A stretch of DNA of 64,000 nucleotides from the IMG/VR virus record IMGVR_UViG_2660238363_000004, one strand, 5' to 3'. Of the stretch, positions 41,530-51,234 are shown piece after piece (position 1 is the first letter of the stretch; each line of letters opens with the position of its first letter). Below the pieces are notes generated by a model, which searched no databases, was not told where the DNA came from, and saw only the letters and a list, made by a program, of their open reading frames with translations. Source of the stretch: an uncultured virus (IMG/VR IMGVR_UViG_2660238363_000004). Taxonomy: Duplodnaviria > Heunggongvirae > Uroviricota > Caudoviricetes. The position numbers and the translations under genes are program-made.

Positions 41530-41584
41530 CTGTGGTAAAGCTGAGTATATAATTAACTACCTACAAAATTTTTGTAGGTCACGC

Positions 41585-41610
41585 AAACCTCGCTTCGGCG
41601 GGGTTTTTTT
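41585..41610 (+). terminator. Intrinsic terminator after ant
   Basis: ACCTCGC-TTCG-GCGGGGT followed by T run. Confidence 0.75.
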
Positions 41611-41623
41611 ATGGGCGAAATCC

Positions 41624-41980
41624 ATGAAAACAATCTCTCTCAAACTCGATCCCGACACCTGGGACCTTGTCCTTGATGAGCTGGGTAATATCGCCACGGT
41701 AGAAAACCCCTACGCCTGCGCTCAGGACGTAGCGACGGCATGCCTGGCTATACGCGGCGAGTGCATTTACGAAAAAGACACCGGCGTTAATTACAAAGAG
41801 CTGCTTAACGTTAAGGCCAGCACCGGCGCCATGGCGGCCGCGCTTCAGGTTGAAGCGTTGCGGATGAGCTATATCGCGCGCGCTGAGCCGACGCTGATTA
41901 ACAACCGAGATACGCGCCGCACTACCGGCGTTATTGCGATCGTGGATACCAACGGCCTGGATTCCAGCGTCACCCTGTGA
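41624..41980 (+). CDS. Baseplate wedge subunit
   Basis: WDLVLD..GNIA...AQDVA...GE.IY; precedes baseplate J. Confidence 0.7.
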   Translation: MKTISLKLDPDTWDLVLDELGNIATVENPYACAQDVATACLAIRGECIYEKDTGVNYKELLNVKASTGAMAAALQVEALRMSYIARAEPTLINNRDTRRTTGVIAIVDTNGLDSSVTL

Positions 41981-41987
41981 GGAAAAA

Positions 41988-43220
41988 ATGACGACAATCT
42001 CTACGGCGGTACCGGCCGTGACCTTTTCCACCACTGGCCTTGATGTTCCAGATGAGGGAGACATTCTTGCCGGGCGTATAGCAGATATTGGTTCTGCATT
42101 CGGGACGGCGATGAGCACGAACCTCAAGACGCCGCAGGGGCAGCTGGCTGTCACTGATACTGCAATCATCGCAGACAAGAACGATCAGCTTCTGGCTATC
42201 GTCAACAACATGAACCCGGACTTTTCCTCCGGCAGATTTCAGGATGGCATCGGCAGGATTTACTTCCTCGATCGCATTGCTGCTGCGGGTACGGTTGTAA
42301 CGGCCACATGCTCCGGCGTACCGGGGACGGTGATCCCGGCACAGTCCTATGCAACCGACGATAACGGTTATATGTACGTGTCCCTGGCGGCCGGAACGAT
42401 AGGTGCAGACGGGACGGTAAAGATCGAGTTCCAGAACCTGACTACCGGGCCGATAGCTTGCCCCATCGGTACGCTGACAAACATCTATGTCGCGGTAAGT
42501 GGCTGGTCGAGTATCACCAACGAGACTGCGGGTGTGCCGGGCTCGAATGTTGAAGGGCGATCTGCATTTGAGTATCGCCGTCGCCAGTCAGTGGCACGTA
42601 ACGCCTTTAACACAGCAGCGGCTGTACGGGCTGCTGTCCTGGAAGTCGACGGGGTGCTTGATGTTTATGTCATCGACAACAAAGAGCCGACTTCCGTCGA
42701 AAAAGGTTCCACGAATTACACACTGCTGGCCAGCTCGATTTATATCGGGGTTTATGGCGGGGCAGTGGCTGACATTGCAGCGGCCATCAATAAAAAACTC
42801 CCCCCGGGCACCATTATGAACGGTGACACCACCGGAACCGTGCAGGATACCGAAAATTATGACGCCCCTTATCCGGAGTACACCTACAGGTGGAAAACGC
42901 TGGATGCGGTGAGCGTTCATATCAAGGTGGAATACGAAGCGAATGATGGCCTTCCATCAGATATCAACGCGCAGATCAGAACGGTCGTCCTGAATGCCTT
43001 TACCGGCGCAGATGGCGGTACCCGGGCGCGTGCCGGCGCGCGAATTTATGGCAGCCGGTATATCGGCCCCATCCAGGCGCTCGATGCACAGAACATGAAC
43101 GTTCTTTCTGTCCAGATCTCTCTGGACGGAACCACCTGGTCTAGTGCGCTGACTATGGGGATAGATCAGGAACCGACCCTCGATACGACAAACATCATAA
43201 CGGAGGCGGTAAGTGAATAA
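41988..43220 (+). CDS. Baseplate J/gp47 family protein
   Basis: TPQGQLA...GRFQDGIG...FEYRRRQSV. Confidence 0.85.
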   Translation: MTTISTAVPAVTFSTTGLDVPDEGDILAGRIADIGSAFGTAMSTNLKTPQGQLAVTDTAIIADKNDQLLAIVNNMNPDFSSGRFQDGIGRIYFLDRIAAAGTVVTATCSGVPGTVIPAQSYATDDNGYMYVSLAAGTIGADGTVKIEFQNLTTGPIACPIGTLTNIYVAVSGWSSITNETAGVPGSNVEGRSAFEYRRRQSVARNAFNTAAAVRAAVLEVDGVLDVYVIDNKEPTSVEKGSTNYTLLASSIYIGVYGGAVADIAAAINKKLPPGTIMNGDTTGTVQDTENYDAPYPEYTYRWKTLDAVSVHIKVEYEANDGLPSDINAQIRTVVLNAFTGADGGTRARAGARIYGSRYIGPIQALDAQNMNVLSVQISLDGTTWSSALTMGIDQEPTLDTTNIITEAVSE

Positions 43221-43800
43221 TGTCGACTGGACGATCTACGCGCAGTACGTGAACTCAACCAGCCTGCGGTCACTGATTGACACCTTTAACGCTTCTGTAG
43301 CACCAGAGGACTGGATAGACACGTTCTATGACCTCGTATTCAACATCGAGACCTGTGGTGATTACGGGCTGATGTGCTGGGGTAAAATCGTTGATGTAGA
43401 GCGTTTGCTGACTGTGACGCCATCCCAGCAGTTTCTGGGATTTGGCGAAGCGACCAGTACTCCGGCAGAACTCACCGACCCGCAACCCTTTAACCAGGCA
43501 CCTTTCTATACCGGCGTACAGGACACGAATACTGTCGTCCTGACCAATGACGCATACCGCAAGCTGATCATGTGCAAAGCGATGGCGAACATCAGCGACT
43601 GCACTGTGCCGGTCATGAACCGCATGCTGATGTACATGTTCGGCACCAGCGGGCGGGCTTACGTGCGTGACGATGGCAACCATGTCATGAGCTACGTATT
43701 TGAGTTCCAGCTTTCCGAATCTGAGCTGGCCATAGTGCAAAGCTCCGGCGCGCTTCCTTCCCCTCCCGGGGTAAAAGTTAACATCGTTCAGGAGGTCTGA
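43213..43800 (+). CDS. Baseplate protein (DUF2612-like)
   Basis: QYVNS...WGKIVDV.R...YRKLIMCKAMANI...LPSPPGV. Confidence 0.8.
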   Translation: MNNVDWTIYAQYVNSTSLRSLIDTFNASVAPEDWIDTFYDLVFNIETCGDYGLMCWGKIVDVERLLTVTPSQQFLGFGEATSTPAELTDPQPFNQAPFYTGVQDTNTVVLTNDAYRKLIMCKAMANISDCTVPVMNRMLMYMFGTSGRAYVRDDGNHVMSYVFEFQLSESELAIVQSSGALPSPPGVKVNIVQEV

Positions 43801-43801
43801 A

Positions 43802-45097
43802 TTGAATAATTCAGCCATACCGTCACGTCTGACGGTTGTCTTTTCTGTGAGCGGCGATAAAAACACGATCCCGGTCAATTCCACCTCTGAAACGCTGGCT
43901 GATGGCCTGGCGGCGATGGATTCCGGCTTCCCGCCGCTGACCCGCATTGCACTCTCTGCCGGCGGTAAACCGCCGAAGGGGCAGGACTTTAACGGCATAT
44001 TTAATGACGTTTACACGCGCCTGCAATGGTCCGCAGCCGGGATGGGGTACCCCTTTAACGCAGATTTCAGAACTGCCATTTCAGGCTATCCGAAAGGTGC
44101 GGTGATCCCTTCCAGCGATTACTCGGTGTCGTGGCTAAACACCATTGACTCCAATAACACCGCACCGGAAAAAACCGACGCCACGGCATCTGGCTGGATG
44201 CCTTCATGGGGATGCGGGGCGGCCAGCATTTCAATATCGACGGCTAACGTTAACGCCACCGATCTGCAGGCTGCTAACCCACGGCTAATTCTCACCGGCG
44301 CGCTAACTGGCAACCGGGTCCTATATCTCCCTCCCTGGGTGAAAGACTGGACCATCGAAAACAACTGCACCGGCAGCGCTTACTACGTTCAGTTAAGTAC
44401 CAGAGCGGCGGGCGCAACGGTTGTCAGCAAGCCAGGCACAGTTACTCAAATCCACTCTGATGGAACCAACGTAACTTCCCTTTCGAAGCCTCATGGAAAC
44501 ATCGCTTACGCAGTCAACGGGACATATTCGTTCGTCGTGCCTGCAGGGGTGACGCGTATTCGTTACACCGTGACGGGTGCAGGCGGATCCGGAAGCGGTT
44601 GTCAGGCGTCCTCCTCAAGTGAGTCCTATAGCGGTGGCGGGGGCGGGGCTGGCGGCACAGCTTTAGGCTGGCTGGACGTTGTTCCGGGAACGACCTTATC
44701 CGTTGTCGTCGGCAAAGGTGGTGCAGCCGTATCAGGAGCCGTGTCCGGCAATGACGGCGGCGACTCTTCTTTGGGTGGGATCATCTTCGGCCGCGGTGGG
44801 AAAAAATCCAACAAGGCCAGCATCGTGAACAGCGCCGGGGGTGATGGCGGTATTGCGTCAGGTGGCGATATCAACATTCAGGGTGGTACCGGTCAGGATG
44901 GCCAGGCTGCGAGCAACATGCTAACCGGTTCTGGCGGTGCTTCGTTCTGGGGTGGTGGTGGACGTAGCGGCGCAACCGGCGGTGTGAAAGGGAAAGCAGC
45001 AGGATCTGGCGGTGGTGGTGCTTACGATATTGATTTCAGCGGAATAGCTTACACATCCGGCGATGGCGCCGATGGCATTGTGCATATCGAGTGGTAA
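43802..45097 (+). CDS. Tail fibre protein with glycine-rich C-terminal domain
   Basis: GFPPLT...GGKPPKGQDFNGI, ISGYPKGA; VPAGVTRI...GAGGSG...GADGIVHIEW. Confidence 0.85.
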   Translation: MNNSAIPSRLTVVFSVSGDKNTIPVNSTSETLADGLAAMDSGFPPLTRIALSAGGKPPKGQDFNGIFNDVYTRLQWSAAGMGYPFNADFRTAISGYPKGAVIPSSDYSVSWLNTIDSNNTAPEKTDATASGWMPSWGCGAASISISTANVNATDLQAANPRLILTGALTGNRVLYLPPWVKDWTIENNCTGSAYYVQLSTRAAGATVVSKPGTVTQIHSDGTNVTSLSKPHGNIAYAVNGTYSFVVPAGVTRIRYTVTGAGGSGSGCQASSSSESYSGGGGGAGGTALGWLDVVPGTTLSVVVGKGGAAVSGAVSGNDGGDSSLGGIIFGRGGKKSNKASIVNSAGGDGGIASGGDINIQGGTGQDGQAASNMLTGSGGASFWGGGGRSGATGGVKGKAAGSGGGGAYDIDFSGIAYTSGDGADGIVHIEW

Positions 45098-45111
45098 TAA
45101 CAGGAAAAATT

Positions 45112-47241
45112 ATGGCGACTACCGACACACAGCAAACGGCACAGTTCGCGGCAGAGGCGTCCGTGAGTGCCGCAGAGGCAAAGCAGTACCTGATCGAGGT
45201 CCAGCAGGGCTATCAGGATATTAGCGCCACCACTCAGGAAGCGATTAATGCAGCCACAGCGGCAGAGGCGGCGAAGAGCGCCGCAGAAACTGCTGAGCAA
45301 AATTCATCTACTTCGGCCGCTTCCTCATCCGAATCGGCAACGGCAGCCGCAGGTTCAGCTGCACAGGCTGAAGAGTACGCAAATAACGCTTCTGACTACG
45401 CACAGAATAAGTTCACGTTCTATAAAACCTCAAGCGATCCAGATGGCACCATTGCAGGTCTGGCAGCAACGACTGACGGCCAGTCGTTCTGGGTAGCTCA
45501 GGGGCCGGATGCGCTCTCTGCTGCATGGCAGTATCAAAACAAAGCAGGCGTGGCCGTATTGCAGGCAAAGCAACCAGGCACGGCAGCTGTAACCGGGACA
45601 ATTCGCGAATTTCCCTCGCTGGCGGATGCACAGGCTGATGCAGACGCTGGGAATATTCCGGTTGGGTCAAATGCATATTATCGCAGTATCAATGACGACA
45701 CACTCGCTATTGAGGTCATGAACGTTGACGGAACGCTGCAGCCTACCGGACGTCAGATGCCCTCAACGTGGATATTTGCAGGGGTAAGATTTCTTAGTGG
45801 ATACGGAGATGAAAAATTCGTAATCATAGGCACTGATTATCAGGTCCTTGAATATGGCAATGATAGCGACAGAATGCGCGATGCTGGGGCAGATATCAAG
45901 TATGGGTACGGGATTCCAGGCAAGCCATTATCTGTAATGGGAAGCGATAACCAGATGGCATCTTTTTTAACTACCGATTCTTTAGAAGATGCCGGATGTT
46001 CTATTTTAAAGGGCTACTCATCTTCGCCATTCGCTATTCTCGGAAGCGACGATCAATTGCTACTGCCGGGGTCAGGAGGTTCTCAGGCGGCATCAACCTT
46101 GCCAGAGACTGGTCTTCTTGATTACATGATCGCGATGCAGGAGCGGGCATATACAGGAGGATACCTCACTATTTTTTGTCAGGGTGACTCTCTCACTGCA
46201 GGCACAGGTGGGTTGGGTGCCATTGACGCTATGTACAGCCTTTTTGCAGCAACTCTTGGGCATGGTGGTATCGGTTATTTTGCACCGTCAAACAATAACA
46301 CAGCTTCCCGAGACTTGCTGAATATGGAGCTTGTTTACACTGGTTGGGTGGATAACCAGACCTACGGGAAAAAATGCGCGCCATTGAGTTTTGCTCTAGT
46401 GCCGTGGGCTGGACGAACAAACCTTTTTTTCCGCGTAAAAGACGCGTCACGAACCAATCCAATCTATCAGCACGACGTTGTCGAGGTTGGCTTTACTGGC
46501 ACCGGAGACGCTGGAACATCTAGTCAGTTCCGGTTCCGTGCAACCGACAGGAATGACGATGGTTCCACCGGCCCGGCGGGTTCAGGGGAATGGCAAACAG
46601 CCACAATACCGAATAACCCTGAGGGTAGCGAAACGATAACAATCGTTAGGGTGGAGGGCCTGGGGCCGAACTCAGGTCGATTCGCCCTGGAAATTGAACC
46701 TCCCGCATCTGGTCAGGCAGGTTATCCTGCGCTGATAAGCTTCAACTGCATCAACTCCGCTGGCGGTGTGCGGGTTATCAGGTACGCAAGAGGCGGTGCA
46801 ACATTTCAGTATTACCTGAATCAAACAGCGTCTTATCAGCAATACTGGATACAATATTTTCAGCCTGATGTCGCGTTTATTAATCTTGGGGAAAATGATT
46901 ATGCTCTTTCTGACACAGATTTTCTCAACGGATATAGTGCAATAGTTGAACGTGTTCAATCAGCGATGCCTAAATTGCCAATTTTCCTTGAGCGCTGGTA
47001 TAGCGACAATCACATTAAGCGTGAGAGCGTTTTTGATAATATCCAGTCAACCTATAAAATGCTGGGATTCAATGTAAGAGACCTTATAAAGAATTCTAAT
47101 TTTGCATTTCAGAACGGCTATGCATATTCGACAACAAATCCCGCAGACCCACACCCTAACGCCAGAGGTGCCAGAATTATCGGCGCGTATCAGGCAAAAC
47201 GAGTACTGCTGAACTACGCCGTACAATCCCTAAGAAAATAA
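45112..47241 (+). CDS. Tailspike/receptor-binding protein with SGNH (GDSL) hydrolase domain
   Basis: Ala-rich N-terminus, DPDGTIAGLAAT anchor; QGDSLTAG, RGGAT, NLGEND and DPHPN blocks. Confidence 0.8.
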   Translation: MATTDTQQTAQFAAEASVSAAEAKQYLIEVQQGYQDISATTQEAINAATAAEAAKSAAETAEQNSSTSAASSSESATAAAGSAAQAEEYANNASDYAQNKFTFYKTSSDPDGTIAGLAATTDGQSFWVAQGPDALSAAWQYQNKAGVAVLQAKQPGTAAVTGTIREFPSLADAQADADAGNIPVGSNAYYRSINDDTLAIEVMNVDGTLQPTGRQMPSTWIFAGVRFLSGYGDEKFVIIGTDYQVLEYGNDSDRMRDAGADIKYGYGIPGKPLSVMGSDNQMASFLTTDSLEDAGCSILKGYSSSPFAILGSDDQLLLPGSGGSQAASTLPETGLLDYMIAMQERAYTGGYLTIFCQGDSLTAGTGGLGAIDAMYSLFAATLGHGGIGYFAPSNNNTASRDLLNMELVYTGWVDNQTYGKKCAPLSFALVPWAGRTNLFFRVKDASRTNPIYQHDVVEVGFTGTGDAGTSSQFRFRATDRNDDGSTGPAGSGEWQTATIPNNPEGSETITIVRVEGLGPNSGRFALEIEPPASGQAGYPALISFNCINSAGGVRVIRYARGGATFQYYLNQTASYQQYWIQYFQPDVAFINLGENDYALSDTDFLNGYSAIVERVQSAMPKLPIFLERWYSDNHIKRESVFDNIQSTYKMLGFNVRDLIKNSNFAFQNGYAYSTTNPADPHPNARGARIIGAYQAKRVLLNYAVQSLRK

Positions 47242-47251
47242 GGAATGCACC

Positions 47252-47929
47252 ATGGCAATTTGTACTTTTTTACAGGTTCCAAACGCCGTTAATAGCGGTA
47301 TTCAGTCCACCTATACCGAGCGCGATGATAAAACAGCCAGGTGGAACCCATCGCACTATTTTGACTGGCGAGTATCAACTCTTGCAGACCGCGCTGGCGA
47401 TATGAATATTGCACTAGGTTCTGCAATCTCAGCGTCGACGCTGAATGGAATCAAGACGATGAAAAGTGCGCTAACCGCAAATGGTGGTGTCACATCTGAG
47501 AACGTCTATCCGACCACTGCAGCAAACGGCTATTGCTACGCCTTCGCTTTCAAGCGAGATAACGCCACACAAGCTACCTTTTTAATCGCGGGGCCCCATC
47601 TGCGGCTGCAGGCACAGACAGATAACAAACTATATTATTACAAAACCGGGTCATCTACCCAGCAGGGAGGGGTGGCCTTATCCACAGGCATTGACCTTGT
47701 GATCGTGAACTACGACCCGGTAACTGACACTGAGACGGTGTATGTCAATGACGGCACCATGGCAGTGCCCGCTGCATCGTCTATTACCTACCAGAATGCT
47801 CCGCTAACGCTGGCGGCAACTGCCGCGAATAACGTTAACTATGCAGAGGTCCTTATCTTTTCAACGTCAAAATCGATATCTGAAATTTCACAAATAAAAT
47901 CATACTATAGAGACCAGTACGGCAACTGA
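47252..47929 (+). CDS. Beta-rich (ConA/LamG-like) tailspike partner protein
   Basis: VIVNYD...TVYVND...YAEVLIF; follows the spike gene. Confidence 0.5.
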   Translation: MAICTFLQVPNAVNSGIQSTYTERDDKTARWNPSHYFDWRVSTLADRAGDMNIALGSAISASTLNGIKTMKSALTANGGVTSENVYPTTAANGYCYAFAFKRDNATQATFLIAGPHLRLQAQTDNKLYYYKTGSSTQQGGVALSTGIDLVIVNYDPVTDTETVYVNDGTMAVPAASSITYQNAPLTLAATAANNVNYAEVLIFSTSKSISEISQIKSYYRDQYGN

Positions 47930-47940
47930 TTGTCAACCGC

Positions 47941-47977
47941 TTGATCTTCCCTTCTAATAAAACTACTGTATATAAAA
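47941..47977 (+). promoter_or_regulatory. SOS promoter and left part of a LexA box split by the IS
   Basis: TTGATC-17-TACTGT; removing the IS and one TSD copy gives TACTGTATATAAAAACAGT. Confidence 0.85.
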
Positions 47978-49293
47978 GGGTCTTCCCTTGTTGTGGTGGC
48001 TGAAGGCATGATAATGGCGTATTAAATCGCCAGAGGTCACCACCATGGACGAAAAGTCCCTCTATGCACATATCCTCAACTTGTCAGCTCCGTGGCAGGT
48101 AAAGTCTCTTTCTCTCGATGAAAATGCCGCTTCTGTTACCGTTACTGTCGGAATCGCTGAAAATACTCAGTTAACCTGTCCAGCCTGCGGGAAATCCTGC
48201 CCCGTTCACGATCACCGGCATCGTAAATGGCGCCACCTCGATACCTGCCAGTTCGCCACGATAGTTGAAGCCAGTGTGCCCCGTGTTATGTGTCCGAAGC
48301 ATGGATGCCAGACTTTGCCTGTTCCGTGGGCGGGGCCCGGCAGCCGGTATACGCTGCTGTTCGAATCATTCGTGCTTTCATGGCTGAAAATCAGCACTGT
48401 TGATGCGGTCAGGAAACAACTCAAACTGAGCTGGAATGCCGTTGACGGCATTATGACCCGCGCGGTTAAACGAGGTCTTGCACGCATAAAAAAGCCGTTA
48501 GCAGCCCGGCATATGAATGTGGACGAGGTCGCTTTTAAAAAAGGACATCGTTATATAACGGTGATCTCCGATCGTGACGGGCGGGCGCTGGCTTTAACGG
48601 ATGATCGAGGTAAGGAAAGTCTTGCCGGTTACCTCAGAACCCTGACTGACGGACAGCTGCAGGCCATTAAAACGCTCTCAATGGACATGAATGCGGGCTA
48701 TATAAGAGCCGCGCGCATCCACTTACCGTGTGCAGTTGATAAAATCGCCTTTGACCGCTTCCACGTAGCGAAACAGCTGGGTGAGGTGGTGGATAAAACC
48801 CGCCAGAATGAACATCCCCGTCTTCCGGTTGAAAGCCGCCGTCAGGCCAAAGGTACCCGCTTCCTGTGGCAGTACAGCGACAAATGGATGACTGAGTCCC
48901 GGCAGAAAAAGCTGATGTGGCTGCGGGAACAGATGCAGCAGACAAGCCAGTGCTGGACACTGAAAGAGCTGGCCAAAAATATCTGGGATCGCCCCTGGAG
49001 CACAGAACGCAGGAATGACTGGTTGCAGTGGATATCGCTGGCGTCTCAATGTGATGTGCCGATGATGAAAAACGCAGCGAAAACCATCAAAAAACGGTTA
49101 TATGGAATACTGAATGCGATGCATCATCGTGTCTCGAATGGTAATGCAGAGGCGCTGAACAGCAAGATCAGACTGCTGAGAATAAAAGCCAGAGGATACA
49201 GGAACCGGGAGCGCTTTAAGCTGGGAGTGATGTTCCACTATGGAAAACTGAATATGGCGTTCTGAGTCTTCCCACCATGATCGGGGAAGACCC
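47978..49293 (+). mobile_element. ISL3-family insertion sequence (1316 bp, ISKox3-like) with 8-bp target duplication
   Basis: Terminal IRs GGGTCTTCCC / GGGAAGACCC; ATATAAAA at 47970..47977 and 49294..49301. Confidence 0.93.
48045..49265 (+). CDS. ISL3 family transposase
   Basis: CPACG zinc finger, VDEVAFKKG, SMDM, FDRFHV and NGNAEALNSKI motifs. Confidence 0.95.
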   Translation: MDEKSLYAHILNLSAPWQVKSLSLDENAASVTVTVGIAENTQLTCPACGKSCPVHDHRHRKWRHLDTCQFATIVEASVPRVMCPKHGCQTLPVPWAGPGSRYTLLFESFVLSWLKISTVDAVRKQLKLSWNAVDGIMTRAVKRGLARIKKPLAARHMNVDEVAFKKGHRYITVISDRDGRALALTDDRGKESLAGYLRTLTDGQLQAIKTLSMDMNAGYIRAARIHLPCAVDKIAFDRFHVAKQLGEVVDKTRQNEHPRLPVESRRQAKGTRFLWQYSDKWMTESRQKKLMWLREQMQQTSQCWTLKELAKNIWDRPWSTERRNDWLQWISLASQCDVPMMKNAAKTIKKRLYGILNAMHHRVSNGNAEALNSKIRLLRIKARGYRNRERFKLGVMFHYGKLNMAF

Positions 49294-49306
49294 ATATAAA
49301 AACAGT

Positions 49307-51215
49307 GTGCGCCGGGAGACCGGTAGAGATCAAGGGGTGAAAGTCCCCGACCATTGAAGGACCAGCAATCCACAAGGTCCCCGAGTCATGCGTTGCATAC
49401 CGCGAGGTATGGGGTGAAGCGTTGACAGGGGTGTTGACAGGCCAGCCATTGAGCCACGAAATGTATATTAAATTACCGGGTGCCGACGTTGTACTGTTAA
49501 CGGAAGGCAACATCATAGGGTGCGATACTGCGAGTGCCACATGGACCCGGCGGGGTCTGAGACCCTGGCATGTCAATACGATCTCTACGCGGGAACCGGG
49601 AGATCTCCCCTCTGACCATCTGCCAGTGTCGGGGATGGCCCGCACCGGGAAGACGAGGAGTCATAGCCGGTGATGTACGGAGAGGAGAAGTCGGACTCGC
49701 TCATAGTAGCGGCGAAGCAGGCGAACAACCCGAAAGGAGCGGAGTCAGTGGAGCGAAGGAGCGGGGCCAAGGGGAACGCGGAACAGCCACACATGCGCCG
49801 GACACAGAGCCGGGAAAGCATGTCACAGAGGCTGTCACGCGTGCGGGAAGCTGCGAAGCAGCGGAAGAAAGAACGGTTTACAGCATTGTTCCACCTGCTG
49901 ACAGTCGAAGCACTGGAAGCCGCATTCCTCTCCCTGAGCAGGAAAGCGGCCGCCGGAGTGGATGGCATCAGGTGGATGGACTACGCCGGAAACATGAAGA
50001 ACAACATAACAGATCTGCACCGGAGGCTACATCAGGGCAGCTACAGGGCGCAGCCCGGCAGGCGTCACTACATCCCAAAAGCGGATGGAAAACAACGCCC
50101 GCTCGGCATCGCCTCGCTGGAGGACAAGATCGTCCAGTATGCGCTGGTGAAAATCCTGAACGCAGTCTATGAAAACGACTTTATGGGGTTCTCATACGGG
50201 TTCAGACCCGGGCGAAGCCAGCACGATGCACTGGACGCACTGGCCACAGGGCTGGTACGCACTAACGTAAACTGGGTACTGGATGCCGACATCAGTCAGT
50301 TCTTTGACAGGGTGAGCCACGAATGGCTGATCAGGTTCACAGAGCATCGGATCGGCGACCGGAGGGTAATCAGGCTCATACGTAAGTGGCTCACAGCCGG
50401 GACGTCGGAGGAGGGTCAATGGCGAGCAACGGAGGAAGGCACCCCACAGGGTGCGGTCATCTCACCGCTGCTGGCAAACATATACCTCCACTACGTCTTC
50501 GATCTGTGGGCGCATCAGTGGCGACGTCGCTATGCCACAGGCAATGTGGTAATGGTCAGATACGCCGATGACATCGTCATCGGGTTCGACAAACGATACG
50601 ATGCCCGGCGCTTCCGTATAGCCATGCAGCGCAGACTGAGGGAGTTCGGACTCACGGTTCACCCGGAGAAAACCCGTCTGATGGAGTTCGGCCGCTTCGC
50701 TGCCGAAAACCGTGCCATCAGGGGAAAAGGCAAACCAGAAACGTTCAACTTCCTCGGGTTCACGCACATCAGCGGGAAAGATCGCAACGGCAGGTTCATG
50801 CTGATACGAAAGACCCGCCGGGATCGGATGACGGCAACTCTGAAAGCCATCAAAGACGGTCTGCGAAGGCGCTGGCATTACTCAATCCCCGAACAGGGAA
50901 AATGGCTCAGGAGAGTGGTGCAGGGATACCTGAACTATCACTCGGTACCGGGCAACTTCCCCACCATGCAGAAGTTCAGGACACACGTAACAAACCTCTG
51001 GCGCCGGGCGCTCAGGCGCAGGAGCCAGAAGGATGATACGACCTGGACGAAAGCAAACAAACTGGCAGCCGCATGGCTACCAGGGGTTCGGGTTCTTCAT
51101 CCATGGCCTGTGGAGCGGTTCACCGCCAGACACCCGAGGCAGGAGCCCGGTGCGTAAATCGCGCACGCCGGGATCTGTGCGGGGGGTATCCGGTAACGGG
51201 TATCCCTACCGCGAC
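49307..51215 (+). mobile_element. Group II intron (RT/maturase, no En domain)
   Basis: 5' GTGCG; domain V GAGCCCGGTGCG...CGCACGCCGGGATC; domain VI ending CTACCGCGAC. Confidence 0.92.
49670..51157 (+). CDS. ltrA: Group II intron reverse transcriptase/maturase
   Basis: YIPKADGKQRPLGI, SYGFRPGRS, GTPQGAVISPLLANIYL, RYADD and FNFLGF motifs. Confidence 0.96.
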   Translation: MMYGEEKSDSLIVAAKQANNPKGAESVERRSGAKGNAEQPHMRRTQSRESMSQRLSRVREAAKQRKKERFTALFHLLTVEALEAAFLSLSRKAAAGVDGIRWMDYAGNMKNNITDLHRRLHQGSYRAQPGRRHYIPKADGKQRPLGIASLEDKIVQYALVKILNAVYENDFMGFSYGFRPGRSQHDALDALATGLVRTNVNWVLDADISQFFDRVSHEWLIRFTEHRIGDRRVIRLIRKWLTAGTSEEGQWRATEEGTPQGAVISPLLANIYLHYVFDLWAHQWRRRYATGNVVMVRYADDIVIGFDKRYDARRFRIAMQRRLREFGLTVHPEKTRLMEFGRFAAENRAIRGKGKPETFNFLGFTHISGKDRNGRFMLIRKTRRDRMTATLKAIKDGLRRRWHYSIPEQGKWLRRVVQGYLNYHSVPGNFPTMQKFRTHVTNLWRRALRRRSQKDDTTWTKANKLAAAWLPGVRVLHPWPVERFTARHPRQEPGA

Positions 51216-51234
51216 GTTTATCGGAGGGAAGAAC

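Noticed and set aside
49238..50172. ORFs overlapping the intron 5' region
   Set aside because: They are incidental frames over ribozyme domains and the RT gene.
49670..51157. RT near tail fibre genes as a DGR, retron or defence RT
   Set aside because: Full group II intron ends and domains V/VI are present; no TR/VR pair, Avd or msr-msd was seen.
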